DNA of 64,000 nt from the human T2T-CHM13v2.0 reference genome, Homo sapiens, in assembly GCF_009914755.1 (NCBI RefSeq), contig NC_060933.1; one strand, written 5' to 3'. Of this stretch, positions 15,841 through 31,560 are shown in pieces. Under the pieces are notes generated by a model, which saw nothing but the letters and a program-made list of their open reading frames with translations, searched no databases and was not told where the DNA came from. The first letter of the stretch is position 1, and each line of letters starts with the position of its first letter. Both the position numbers and the translations under genes were made by a program.

Positions 15841-15867
<27 letters not shown>
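15841..15867. repeat. (TA)n microsatellite
   Basis: ~13 TA units. Confidence 0.95.
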
Positions 15868-15871
<4 letters not shown>

Positions 15872-16449
15872 AAACAAAAAGAGCTTTATGAATTTTATTG
15901 ATTATAAAGTTGATAAATATGCATAAAGAAAATGTAAATGATACACAAAAGCATAAAGAATAAATTTAAAATCACACAAGATACTATCTCCCAGAGGCAG
16001 CCACTGTTTACATTTCAGATAATCTTTCAGACATTTCTCTATAAATCCAGCTATTATTAATGTATAACTTTATAAAAAGGTAGTAAAAAATGCAACATAA
16101 GCTAGCCCTCAGAGTAATAAGTTCAAAAGAATTTAACAGTTGAATAAAATGTGTTTTTTTTCTTTTCGATAGCCTAAATGGGTTCTCTGATGTTCCCTGA
16201 GGGATTAAACAACCACTCAAGATTTTCTTGGGAAACTTCTACCTGCTTTCTGTCTCTCTTTTCTTGAGATAAAATTGACCTGCCGTAAAATTCGCCATAT
16301 AAAGTATACAATTCAGTGGTTTTGAGTATGCTCACAGGGTTGTGCAACTATCACCACTATTTAATTCCAGAACATGTCCATCGCCCCAAAAGGAAATGAC
16401 ATACCTTTTAAGCAGTCACTACCCATTCCTCTCTCCCTCCAGCCCCTAG

Positions 16450-16755
<306 letters not shown>

Positions 16756-17128
16756 ACTAATTTAGTTGCTGTCTCTATTTTATTTCTGTCTTTATGGACT
16801 TGCCTATTTTGGACATTTCATGTGAATGGAATTATATAATATGATGCCTTTTTTATCGGGCTTCTTTCCTGTAGCATAATATTTTCAAGGTTCATCTATG
16901 TCGTAGCATATGTTAGTGCTTCATTGCTTTTTATGGCCAAATAATATTGCATTGTATGGATATACCACATTTTGTGTATCCATTCATCAGTTGATATACA
17001 TTTAGATTCTTTCAACTTCTTGGCTGTTATTAATAATGTTGCTGTGAACATTAGTGTAAAAGTTTTTATTTCAGCATGTGTTTTCACTTTTCTTGGGTAT
17101 ATACCTAGGAATAAAATGTCTGGGTCAT

Positions 17129-17906
<778 letters not shown>

Positions 17907-18042
17907 TAATGACTAATAACATTGAGTAATTTTTATGTGCTTATTGGCAATTTATATATCTTCTTTGGAGAAATGTCTATTTCTTCACATCCTTTGTCCA
18001 CTTTGTAACTGGGGTATTTGTTTTTTATTGTTTAGTTTTTAA

Positions 18043-18597
<555 letters not shown>

Positions 18598-18639
18598 TAA
18601 GTCTTCCAGGCAGCCTGGGCCCCTGAAACACTGGGATTC

Positions 18640-19540
18640 CTCATTACCCAAGGTTCTTCTGTGTTTCATGGTGATCACTACATCTTCACCACATAAGACA
18701 CTTTGGATTGACTTCAAGACTCACCTTGACATTGGCTTGAACACTTTCTCCAACTTCGGCTCCTGTAACAAAGACTCTATTGATTCTCCCTCCACCTCTC
18801 TCTGCCCCTCTGTGACTCCACTCTGGACTCTTCATCTTGCTCAGGGTTTGCCGTACTCTCACTTTTCTCTCTCTCCTCTCTACTTTCCAGTGTTCACCTG
18901 GTTTGACTTCTTCAATGACCTCCTCTCTTTCGCTCCTTAGTGATGGAAGGCAACACAGTGAGACCGACCTGGGTTTGCAGCCTGGCTTGGAAATTTGCAA
19001 GCTGGGAACCTTGGACAAATTTATTTATAGCTCTGTTCCTTTGTTTCCTCATCTGTCCAGTAGGGGTAAGAATAATGTCTTCCAAAGGAGCTCTTGGGAG
19101 GCTAAAGGAGATATCATAAATACCCTGTGCCCATGATACGTGATAGAGTAAGGGCTCAAAGATATTCACCATCGGTGCCCCACTATCACTTCAAACTCAG
19201 CCTGTCCAAGCCAAGCTCATAATTTCACTCCAGGCTAGATCCTTCTGTCTTTTGCCCCCTTCATCCTGCTAGTGCCCTCACTTTGGGGTCACCTCCTACC
19301 AGGCCTTGTTCATTTACGATAATATCATCCCACGTGTGTCCCACATCGCCAGAGCTTGTCCATGCCCAGGCTCTTGCTTTCTTTCACCCTGGAGCCCCAG
19401 TCACCTGATCCTGCTAACTTTTGTTTCAAAATATCCCCTTCTCCCTCTTTTCTTTCCACCATCAGGGCCCCTGTCCTAGCTGTGTGCTCACTGGACTCTG
19501 AGTGGCGGAACAGCCCCTGATACCACCGTGGCCCACCTAC
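18640..19540 (+). mobile_element. L2, interrupted by MIR (~18940-19172, +)
   Basis: Pyrimidine-rich L2 body, CACTTCAAACTCAGCCTGTCCAA; MIR core TTTCCTCATCTGT. Confidence 0.65.
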
Positions 19541-20099
19541 CTCTGATCTCTGGCCTTTAGATTTGGCTCTCACAGGAGCTAGGAGTCCAGGCACCTTCCT
19601 GTGTTTTCTACAGCTCTGATTCTTTTTCCTGGCAAGTTGGGGCCACACACTAACCTGGCAAAATGTGGGAGAGGGAGCGAACTGTAGAATTTGGAGGTGG
19701 GAGCTCCTGATTGTAGACTAGGCTTGCCAGGGGATCCAGCAAGTCCTTTATGGTTTTTGGACCTTGATTTCCCCACCCGCACAGTGGAGATGAAGAATTT
19801 CTCAGTCTTGAAGGCCCCTGCCTCCTCTGATGTGTGGCGATTTATCACTTGTGGTCTCTTCCAATTACGAGGCTCATTCATGGGGCTTCTGAGAAGTCCC
19901 TTTTCGCTCTCTTCCTACCTTGACAGATTTGTCTTCTAAGGTGAGTTTCTCTTTTGCCGAGTCCTTCTCAGACCTCATTTCCTATCTCTGACTCACTCCG
20001 CTTGGCTTCTTCCCCTACCTTATAGCCTAGGGTGTGTGCGTTGATGTACAAATGTGTTCTGATAGTTGGCATAGCTTCTGCCTCTGTGTTCTCTTGGTC

Positions 20100-20655
20100 T
20101 TGCAGACAGTCTCTGCCTCCTGTCTCTCCTATTCCATCTCAGCCCCACACTGACAACAACCCATGGGATCTTTCTAAAGCTTAAATCTGAGCTTGTCACT
20201 CCCCTGCTGAAAAAACTTCGGTGGCTCTCTAAAGCCCCAGGATCAAGGTTATCTCCTTACCCTCCTTTTCAAACATCCCACACCCCTCTACAGTCTGGTC
20301 TCAACCTAACTGCTGTACTCATCTGCTCCTGAAGAGATGGGCCCCCGATTCCTTTGCTGATTCCATCCCTGTGCATGGAGTGTGCCCTCCTCTCACTTCT
20401 GTGTCCAGTGACATTCTGTGATGTCACCCACTGGGCCTCAGATCAGCTGTTACTTTCTTGGGAAGCTTCCCTTGATCTCTTCATTCAAATAAAAATGCTG
20501 TTACTTGTACATTCCTGCAGAATGTTATTCACTCTGCGGAGAAGGATCATTTTCTTTCTTCTTCATCTCATGATAAAGGTGGGGGCAGTGTCTGATGTGG
20601 CCAGGTGGTCAGCACATCGGTGCTGCTCAGTATACATTTGGTGACTAAGGGAATG
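20100..20655 (+). mobile_element. L2 3' region
   Basis: GATCTTTCTAAA...TGTCACTCCCCTGCT...TGCTCAGTATACATTTG. Confidence 0.65.
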
Positions 20656-21289
20656 GCTTCTTTATGGACTTCTGGCTTTTGTCTCCCTCCCCAGCTGGGC
20701 TACTTGAGAGGCCTCCTTTAATCTACCCACCATAGATAGATCCTCTTGAAGGGCAGCTGGGTTCATCTGCTGCCAAGCCCAACGTATGTTCCACATTTAA
20801 ACAAAGGAACAGGAAGAAGCAAGGATTAGTGCAAGATGCTAGTCATTGAGCACACAGACACCTGCTGGCACAGGGACCTTTGGCAAAATCCCCAGCAAGT
20901 GCCCACAAAAGCCAGTGGTCGATGGTGCCCACAGATAGGATTCCCACCGGCTGAGCTGCGGAGCCTGAGCACCTGCATCCTTCCAGTTCTAGAGAGCTGG
21001 AGCTGGCGCTTGAGATCAATGTGTTCCAGCCCACTCGTTTTATAGATGCAGAAGCTGAAGCCCCAAGAAGGCTTCCCAAGACCACCCAGCAAATCAGGGC
21101 AGCGCTGGGAAAGAAACTCAGGGCTTTCATTGCCTGGGCCCGTCCATCTTCACCAGGCTGTGGGGTTTTATGAGTACTGTTGTAATTCCTGGATGTTTTC
21201 CTTCACGAATAGGGATTTCCCTAGAGCTGGATTAATATGACCTTGAAATTGGCACTTATCTTTGAAATTCCAAGAGCAAAATCACTGAT

Positions 21290-21415
21290 GGAGGGAATGA
21301 GGGAGGGGAGAGAGGGGGAGGGGAGAAAGGAAAAAAAAGGAGAGAAGGAGGAGAGAAAGAGAGAATGAGATAGGGACAAAGAAAGACACACGGCCAGAAA
21401 GAGATAGAGATGAAA
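21290..21415. repeat. GA-rich low-complexity tract
   Basis: Purine-rich run. Confidence 0.85.
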
Positions 21416-22739
21416 AATGATCAAAGCCCAACAAAGAGATCAAAAGAGAGTCAGAAAGAGACCACCAGACAGTGCGTGAGAGAGATGGGAAGCAGAGACG
21501 AGGGAGACTACAATAACAGAGCCCTCTCTACAACTGCCTGCCTCCTTCCTCCACAGGGCCCCTGGGAAATCCTTCAAAGGCAAGTGCAGCTGTTGCCAGC
21601 TCTGGGTTCTGTGGGGCCCATAGGATGACGTGGCCTGAGGCTTCATCACTGGAGCCTGGGGCTTCAGCTTTCCAGGTAATGCGTGGGTTGCAGCAGCTAT
21701 GGGAGTATGAGGTGGGGCTCTGAGAACAGTGCTGAGGGGCAGGAACATCTGGCCCTGGTCTGGGGTCTGGTGCTGCCTGGCTGGGGGTCTTGAGGAGGTT
21801 TTTACTCCAGAGCTTGGGTCAGCTGGTCCCTAAAGTTCTCCTAGCTTTGAAATTCCTGACTGACTGAGCCCATGGGACCTAAAGATAAAGGGTTCCATCC
21901 CTTCTTGGATGCTCATCCCTAACCACTACTTTGGGATCATGTCAGCCATCAAGGATGTGGTCAGAGAGGCATTGTCCACCGAAGGAGACTAACTTCACCT
22001 ATTGATTTCTCCAGCTAAGAAATCTTCTTGGTAGAAATGTGAAATTACAGACCATCAGAGCTGGAGGGTACCAGGCACGTCTTTCTTGAGTTCCTCATTG
22101 CTCAGACAGGGAGACAGACTCAGAGAGCCCATCATCAGGCAGGAGCTAGAAGGTAGAACTTGGATCTGCTGGCCCGGTCATGGACCCCAGAGCACCAGGC
22201 TGCATGCTGAGTGGCAGCGAGGGAATTAGACAGGTTTCTTAGGCAGCAAGAACAGCCAAGTCCCCAGAAACATCCCCATAATTTGGGGAGGGATGGTACT
22301 GCTTCTCCCTTCTCTTTCCCTATTTAGGCTGTTTCAGAGCCACTTGGACTGTCCAATTTCACTGCCCAGGAGCTAGTTCAGCGGCAGCTGGCTGCTCACT
22401 ACCCCTTCAATCACCAGGAACCCAGACTTTCAGCTCCTCTCTCTCAAAGGCCGGCCAGTCCTCTGGGCATAGTCTTAGAGGAGGCTGCCCCATGACTGTG
22501 TTTTGGGGGTGCTGGGTAGTGGCTGCAGAAGGCAGCAGATGGGGGTATGTTGAAAAGAAGGAAAGGGTGTTCAAAAGATGAAATTCAGACATACAAATCC
22601 GTCTATATTACCCACCACAAGTCACCAAATGGTGGAGTGGACTTTCTTTCATAGACATTCTGAGGCTTTTTCTTTGTTTCTTTACGTATTCATTCAGACA
22701 CATATTCATTCACTCATGTAACCAACCAACCAGTCATTC

Positions 22740-23263
22740 ATGGTGTGCATGTTCAGTTGTGGTGATGGTGGAGGTGGAGGGGGTGCATTGGTGGTGATGA
22801 TGGTTGTGGTAGATAGGTTGTGTTGGTGCTGCTGGTAGGGGTGCTTTTGTTGGTGGTGGGTGGTACTGATAGGTGTTGGTGATATTGTGTGTAGTGGTGG
22901 TAGTGGGTGGTTGTACTGATGGTGGGCGGTGGTGGTCGTAGGTGAGTGTTTCTGTTGTTGGGTGGCATTGATGGATAGTGGTGATTGTGGTGGTGTTGAT
23001 GGGTGTATCAGTGGCAGAGCTGATGATGTAGATACTGGTGGTGGTGAGTGTTATCTGTGGTGATGGTGATTGGAATAAGAATAGTGCTGATGGGTGTTTT
23101 GGGAGTAAACGTGTTGCTGTTGATGGGGGTATGGTGACAGTGATCGTGGTATCATTGCTTATGATGATGGTAGGTTTTGCTGGTAGTGGTGATGGATGTA
23201 GTGGTGGTGTCAATGGGTAGTTGTGGTTGTGGTGGTATTGATGATGGTATTGTTGATGGAAGT
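22740..23263. repeat. Degenerate (TGG/TGA/TGT)n low-complexity array, part 1
   Basis: ~520 bp G/T-rich with trinucleotide periodicity. Confidence 0.9.
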
Positions 23264-23775
23264 TGTATTAGCTTTCTATTGCTGCTGTAACAAGTTATCA
23301 CAAATTTAGGGCCTTAAAACAACACAGATTTATTATCTTACAGTTTTGTAGAGCAGAAATCCAACATAGGTTCACTAGGCTAAAATCAAGGTGTCAGCAG
23401 GCTTAGTTCCTCTCTGGGGGCTCTTAGGGAGAGTCGACTTCCTTTTGTCCTCCAGCTTGTAGAGGCTACACCCATTATTTGGCCCATGGCCTTCTTCTTC
23501 CAGCGATGTTGCAAAGCCAGCGATGTCATATCTGTCTGACCCTTCCCCCACTGTCCATCTCTCTCTTTGAACACAGACAGGGAAGGTTTTCTGCTCTCAT
23601 AGACTTGTGGTTAAATTGTACCCACTCAGGAAACCCAGGATAATCCCGCCATCTCAACGTCTGTACCCTTAATCACATCGATAAAGTCCCCTTTGCCATG
23701 TAAGGTAAAAAATGTACCAATTCTGGGGATTAGAGTGTGGATATCTTTAAGGGAGTAATTTTTTGGCCCATCATA
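23264..23775 (-). mobile_element. MLT1C/D solo LTR
   Basis: TGTATTAG...GCTGTAACAA...TTAAAACAACAC...CCTTAATCACATC. Confidence 0.9.
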
Positions 23776-23779
23776 GGGG

Positions 23780-23930
23780 GAATGACGGTAGTGACGATGG
23801 TGGTGACCATGGTGATTGTGGCGTTGATGATGATGAGTGTAGTGATGGTGGAGGGTGGTAATAGTTGTGGTAATGGGGAAGAGCGGGTGGTAATGGTATT
23901 GGTGGGTGGTTATAGTTGTAGTGTTTTTGA
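23780..23930. repeat. Degenerate (TGG/TGA)n array, part 2
   Basis: Same composition as 22740-23263. Confidence 0.85.
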
Positions 23931-24164
23931 AAGGGTTATGGGAGTGTGGGCAATGGAGACAAATCCACCACTTTGGTTCTCTGCACATTCTCTGGTCAGG
24001 AGGGAGCCATGACCTGGACAGAGCATCTATATCTGCAGATGGATGGTGTGCTCAGGGACATGAGAGAGGGAAAATGAAAAGCTTTGAGGGCTTGGAAGAG
24101 GTAGATGTCCTTGTTGGCAGGGGCTTAGGAAGCTTTCTGGACTCTGAAGTATGGCTAGCCATTA

Positions 24165-24498
<334 letters not shown>

Positions 24499-25887
24499 TT
24501 ATATTTGTAATACGTGCTAATTAAACACAGTCAAGCAACACAGAAAAGTGCAGAAAAGAAAAATTTTAAAGTAACCAAAATCTTACTTCACATAAGGTTG
24601 GGGAGGGAGGTCATCTCCATACTCAGAGGTGGAGGTTGGGAGGTTCCTTGCTCAGAAGGACATTCCCTTCCCAAGGGAGGAAGCAGAGTGAGCAGTGGAA
24701 TGAAGGTGTCCCGGGGTAGGGATGGTTCCATGTCCTGGGAGAAAGGGGCGGGCACATGTTCAGTGCAAGTGGGCACACAGCTATCAGAGCCGGGCAGGGG
24801 TGAGGTGGGGTGAAGCAGAACAGGCTCTCCCCTGCCTGCCCTTTGTCCTGTGATCTGCCTGGGTGAGCAGATAAGCTTCAAGGATCATTGCATTCTGTGC
24901 GTCACTCTGGGGGTGGGGGGTACACTGAAATGTGTCATGTAGGCCACTGCGGAATTGCAATGAACAAGAAGGATCTAGAAAGGGACAATATCATGGCCTT
25001 TTCTCTTTTCTCTCTAGCACCATCCCTCCCTTCCTCTGCCCTTGAGCAGAGCCTCCCCAGAAACCCAGGCATTTCTGCCTATTCATGGATCTGTGTGAGG
25101 CTAAAGGAGCATCCCCGACAATGACCTTGGGGGAAAAGACCTTTTGGGTCCTACTGATGCTAAGGGGACACCTGGAAGGTATCCATGCAAAGGGGCCAAG
25201 AAAGGTCAGAGTTTTAAAGGTCCCTTAAGATGATCAAGCCTAGGCCTTTTCAATCTTTCCCTCGTTGTTTATTCTTTAAGTTGTGACATCCTTTTGTCAA
25301 GCAACATTTTCAGTGAAAGTCCAATATGGACACCAACAAATAGGAAACTGCTTTGAGTGAAGCCAGGGAAGAAGTCTCTGCCTAGCTGAGCACCTAACAC
25401 CTGGCTGGTCAACTTACTCCAGGCCTTGGATCGGGGTAGGAAATGGGGGAAGCATGCTTGACTTTCAGGGCTGTTAGGGATGACATAACATATGCAAAGC
25501 TCAGGACTCTGTAACGTGGAGAGACATTGAGGGCTTCCTAGCGGCTTAGCCTCACTCTAGGCTCTGTTTGGGAGGAGGGGACGGGGGCTAGGAGCCTGGA
25601 ACATGGCCCTGGAGGGTTCCTATACAGGCAGATTATCATTCCAACAGTTGGCCCCCAGGCACCTCCTGCCCCAACTTAACACACACTTCCTCTCTACCTG
25701 CATCCTGCTGCCAACCTAGGTGGCCTCAGTGTCCCCTGGACTTAACACTTCACTTCAGCCTTACAGTCCAGGATCACCTTTGATAACAATCGCAGCAGAT
25801 AATGTTAATGGAGCACTTGTCTCGCGCCAGGCCCTGTTCTTAGTTCTCCATACGTGTCATCTTGTTTGATGCTCCCAATAGCTCTTC

Positions 25888-26168
25888 AGAGGGAGCCTCG
25901 CTCTGTCACCCAGGCTGGAGTGAAGTGGTGCAATCTCGGCTTATTGCAACCTTTGCCTCCCAGGTTCAAGCGATTCTCATGCCTCAGCCTCCCCTGTAGC
26001 TAGGGTTATAGGCGTGTGCCACCATGCCTAGCTAATTTTTTGTATGTTAGTAGAGATGGGGTTTCGCCATGTTGCCGAGGTTGGTCTTGAGCTCCTGAGC
26101 TCAGGTGACCTGCCCTCCGCAGCCTCCCAAAGTGCTAGGATCACAGGTGTGAGCCACTGCACCCAGCC
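25888..26168 (-). mobile_element. Alu lacking an A-tail, within a MIR (-, ~25790-26280)
   Basis: Starts at AGAGGGAGCCTCGCTCTGTC with no T-run. Confidence 0.9.
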
Positions 26169-27687
26169 AGAGCACCATTCTTCTAGTCATCTTACGCATG
26201 AGCGAGGACTCACGATTTGCCCAAACTCATGCAGGTGAGGAGAGCTGGAATTTGGTGCAAGTACCATAGTGCCTGAACCAACACCACCTGAGGCCTCCCC
26301 ACCTCTGAAACCTCAGCTGCCACAGCCCACTCCTTGGCCACAGGGTCCCTCTGCACCTCATAGAGACCTTTAGGTCTTTTTTGTAGCTTCCCCCCATTTC
26401 ACTCAGTCACTTAGCCCCTCCTGCCTTCACTTTACCTGCCTAAATCCTTAGACCCATACTAGCAACCTCACCAGTGCTCTGAAGCCCCAGGGCTATTACC
26501 AGATCTAGTGAAAACCCTGTTTCCCTACCTGGAAGGAGAAGCAAAACTGCTCATTTGAAAGCTGGCTGCTTTGGAACCTTCTGAAAGGTCTGCAAAAGTC
26601 ATCTTCTGTATAGAAAAAATTTTCTTTGTTTAGAGAACTCCTTTGAGAGCCTTTAGGTGAGGCACAGGGCATGGGCAGGGGCCCTGGCAGCTCTGGATAG
26701 AGGATGGGAGAGCAGAGAGGGTCAGGGGAGGTGACTCCCAGGTCTACCGCCTCACACACCTCTGGGGGCCCATCCACATGGCCTTGTCAGTGTAGCCTCT
26801 GGGACTTAGCATGTTTTACCCCTCTGGGAAAGGGGGTAAAAGGGAGCTTTACCCCCCACCAGTGAGAACCTCAGCAGGACTGATCACAAAGGCTGTTCTT
26901 CAACTCTCCCCTGGAGTATGAGAGGGAGTAGTTATACTCCACCTTATGCACCTCCAAAATGTAATCCAGAGTCCTTCCTTTGGACCCCAAGGCCCTATGA
27001 AATCTGTCCCATACCTCATCATCCACCAGGACCACACCGCTTCCTGCTTGCCTCAAACACCAAGTGCAATCCGGCTTCCACACTGCCTTCGCACCTTGGC
27101 ACCTGCTCGTCTCTCTGCCAGAACTTGCACCCCTGGATATCTAAAGGGCTGCTCCTTTCTTTCTTTCTTTCTGTCTTTGCTCAAAGGTCACCTCCCCCAA
27201 AGGGCCTTCCTTGACCTGACTAGCTAAAATCACACACGGTCACTGTCTCTTCACTCTGCTTAAATTGTCTTCATAGCACTGATCATTATCTGATGTCAAA
27301 GTATAATTTCCAAAGAGTCAAAAACATGACTTTCATAGAAGCATCTAGCGGGATGTGTCAGTGATTTATTTAACTCATTAGTGAGGAATCAGCAAGATGA
27401 CAGAGCTGGTTCAAGAGGGGATATGAGAACCTGCTATATGTAATCAATGGAAAGAGAGTGCTGGAATAAGATGGCAAAGTTAGATACTAAATTGGTTAAT
27501 GTCCTATAGGACAGTAAAACTGCAACCTTTGGGGTTATCTTTTCTTCAGATAGAAACCATTTGCATCTCTGCTGGACAAAAATCATTTGCAGCTTATTAA
27601 TCTTCTTGAAGTTAACATTTAACTTCCTAGAGTCTGGGTCCTAATCAATAGTAAATAGTAAGTCAAGCCAAAGTGACTCTCCTAGAA

Positions 27688-28389
<702 letters not shown>

Positions 28390-30369
28390 CCCTAGAAAGT
28401 CACAAGACAATTAGGGAGCTTGTTAGACAATGTTTTGAATCATTTTCATGTTTTGAATAATTTTTTCTTAACTCTGACAGTATATTATGTGTTTATTTGC
28501 TTGTTTATTGTCTTTTGTTCCTAATAGAAAGTAAGTTTTGTGATCGAAGGGACGGCTTTGTTTTCTACATGTCCTAGCACTTAGGAGGGGTGCCTTGAGC
28601 ACAGCAGGTGCACAATCAATAATTGTTGAATGAATAAATAAACACAAAGTGGCTGGAATCTTATCAGAAGCCAAAGCAATAAGAGACTCCCCATGGTAAG
28701 TTTGGCAGATGAGCTTTAAGCAAGAGTGATGCCTGATGTTTAATTTTAAATGGTTTTCTTATTCTGTAAAGTAATCCCCTGCTGTTAACCTCAGACCTTC
28801 AGTGATGTATGTGGCGGCGGCTAATTGTTCTTGGGGAAGTGAAGGTCTATGAAAGAGGGTGGGGTGCAGAGTTGGGGGGAGGACATGATGACATGCAGGG
28901 GGTTAGAAGGATGGAGTTGGGTGCAGACATGCAGAGCCAGGGTAGACAGGAGGGGCTCCGCAGAGGGATGGGGGTGCTTCCTGGGGATCCTCAAACTACC
29001 AGGGAGAACCTCAGGCACCCACCCGCAGTTAAGAAGAAACAGACTCAAGTCATTCACTTGGGATTGTGTATTAGTCAGGGTGGACTAACTACAGTAACAG
29101 TCTTGAAATCTCAGTGGTTTGACATGGTGAGTTCCCAGGAGAGGGCCCTGGCCTTGGCCAACATGGTCTAGTTGGGGCAGAAACAACTCTTCATCTATCT
29201 CTGCAGGGTGAAGGTGCATAATCCACAAATCATTTCTCTCTGCCCTTGGGCTGCACTGGAGCCTACATTTATATATGGGAGTGTTTACCCAGGGAACTTA
29301 CAGGGGATCCACCAGGAGGCTCACTGGGTGCAGCAAAGCCAGGAGAAGCCCCTTCCTCCTGCCTCCCCTTCCTCCTGCCTCCCCTTCCTGACTCCTCCCA
29401 TTCTCCTTTCCCTGGGGCCTGAGGCAGCACAGCTGACTCTTAGATCTCAGCCTCTTCCCACAGCACAGGTGTGACTTGGCTGGGCCATGCCTTCCTTGGA
29501 GTAGGGAAAGGATTATTTCTATTCAAACCCCCCTCACCCTGCTTTTCCAGGACACATAAAAGATGCAGGCTGTACACTGGGGATGGTGGGAATGGTGGCA
29601 GGGTTGGCACTGGGAAGTGGCCTATGTCTTGTCCTTGGCTCCTTGGCTGCCTGTGATGACTGAGGATTACAATTTGCGTGGATGGGACTGTTTCTCTCTC
29701 TCTTTCTCAGGCTAACCATCAAATGCCCCAGGTAAATGAGACAATGAGATTATTGAGCTGCACCATCCCTGGGAGACTGAGGACCTAGAATCATTCCCAG
29801 GGTAAAGGCTCCAGAAGGCAGGGTTCTCAGCAGCCCTGTGGCCCTGCCCCTCATTGTGCAAAGGACAGACCTGGGCCTGGAGAGGGGAGGGGACTAACCG
29901 GGGGGCACACGGTGGGCCAGGGTCTCCTGACTCCCAGCCATGGCTTCCCTGTCACCCTGTTCTCCTGAAACCTCCCTCAAAGGTGTCTGTTCTTTGGGCT
30001 TGTCCCCTGGGTCTCTTTTCCCTGTCATCAAAGGGGGCCAAGATGAAGTGGGAGGAGGAGAGGTGGTGGGATGGATGCAAAGAGAGAGGCCTTTTTAGGC
30101 TGCAGGAACCTCCACAGGACACTGGAGTCAGAGACCTTCTCCATGAGGTTCTTATCTCTGGGGGGACCCCCAAATCGCCCTGCTGTCTGAAGGGAGGGGC
30201 CTTGGGCAGGATGGCAAGCATCAGTTTCTGGCTGTGCCTAGGACTGGAATGGGGTCCCAGGCTGCCACATGGCTGTACGTCTCTGATGTGTATGCTGCCC
30301 TCTCTCCCCCTGCCCCTGGGAATTCCCTGTTCCCTTTCCCTTCCCATCTAACAGAGGAGTCCTCCTCCA

Positions 30370-30540
30370 TCAGAGTTGAAAGCGCCCTTAGAAGCCATCC
30401 AACCCCCTCAATTTACAGCTGGAGAAAGAGAGGTTCAGAGAGAGGAAGGGGCTTTCATGTGTTTGTACTGCCAGTCAGGGCAGAGCTGAGACTGGAGCCT
30501 GAGGCTTCTGCACTAGCTAGGGGTTTTCCAATGTGCTCCG
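30370..30540 (-). mobile_element. MIR
   Basis: CCCCTCAATTTACAGCTGGAGAAAGAGAGGTTCAGAGAG. Confidence 0.7.
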
Positions 30541-31144
30541 GGCTGACTCTTGCCCATTCTCTTATCTTGTCTCATCTTGTCTCATCTCATTAAGGATGAG
30601 GGGCTAGAGAGAGAGCACTGAGATGGGATCTTGAAATTGACTTCTGAACAGCTCTTGGCTTGTACAGTGAGAGAAACACTTCCCCCACCCCCTCACCCAA
30701 GCCCAGAAGTGAAAACCACCCCTGGCCTCCATTCCAGTTACCCCTCCTTGCTGGCCAGGCTGTCTCTGTGGGGTCCCAGGAAAAAGTCGTGGGCAGGGGA
30801 CAAGTGAGGAATAGGAATGGGCCACTCCTTTGGGGAGGAAACTCCACTGGGCTTGAGCTCCTGGAACCAAGGAGGACAGACTGGCAGCTGCCTGTTGGGA
30901 TAGGTTCTTCGGAATTTCATGGAGTTCTTTAGAATGGAAGGCAGAGGGAGGAAAGCATCTGAGATTGGGTCCAGGGAAGAAGGAGCAGGGGCAATGGCAA
31001 AGGCCTCTTGTTGCCCCAGGTGGATGAGAAGGTATATTTGGGGACTCTTCCTACAGGGAGTCTTCCAAGCTTGACTTTAGGGTTCCTTGCAGCAAAGACC
31101 AAAGTCAGAATAAAAAGTCAGAATACACTTGGTTCACTCTGTCA

Positions 31145-31560
31145 TTTATGGTCAGGATGCTTTTGGCTGTCACAGAAACCCCACTCAAAAAAGCTTAGGC
31201 CAAGGCCAAAGGGAATTATTGAAAAGATACTGGGCTTTTCCATGTCACGAAATCATGGAAAGGCCTTGCTCATGTCAACAGATCACGTCCCTATAGCTGA
31301 ATGCAGCCAGGACTGTCTTTCATCTCTGCTTATCTTTGTGTCAGCTTTGCCTCTGATGGCTTCTTCCACACTAGAGGACACAGTGCTGACCACTCTCCAG
31401 TGTCCCACAGCTCAGAGCTTTATACCAAGAGACAGACGGTTCCTCTTTCCCCAGGTCCTATTGGGGAAATCCCTAGAAGGACTCAAACTGGCCTGGGCTG
31501 GGTCCGGCAGCCACCCATGGCCTGAACCGTGAGGTGTTGGGAACTGTCTGCAGAGGACAG
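31145..31560 (-). mobile_element. Old MaLR LTR (MLT1K/L-like)
   Basis: GGTCAGGATGCTTTTGGCTG...ACAGAAACCCCACTCAAA...GCTTAGG. Confidence 0.6.

Noticed and set aside
22734-23213. 159-aa Thr/Pro/His-rich mucin-like ORF on the minus strand
   Set aside because: Translation of the (CCA)n-like low-complexity array; no splice context or signal peptide.
31008-31532. 174-aa ORF
   Set aside because: Mostly within an MLT1 LTR, non-ATG start, no recognisable domain.
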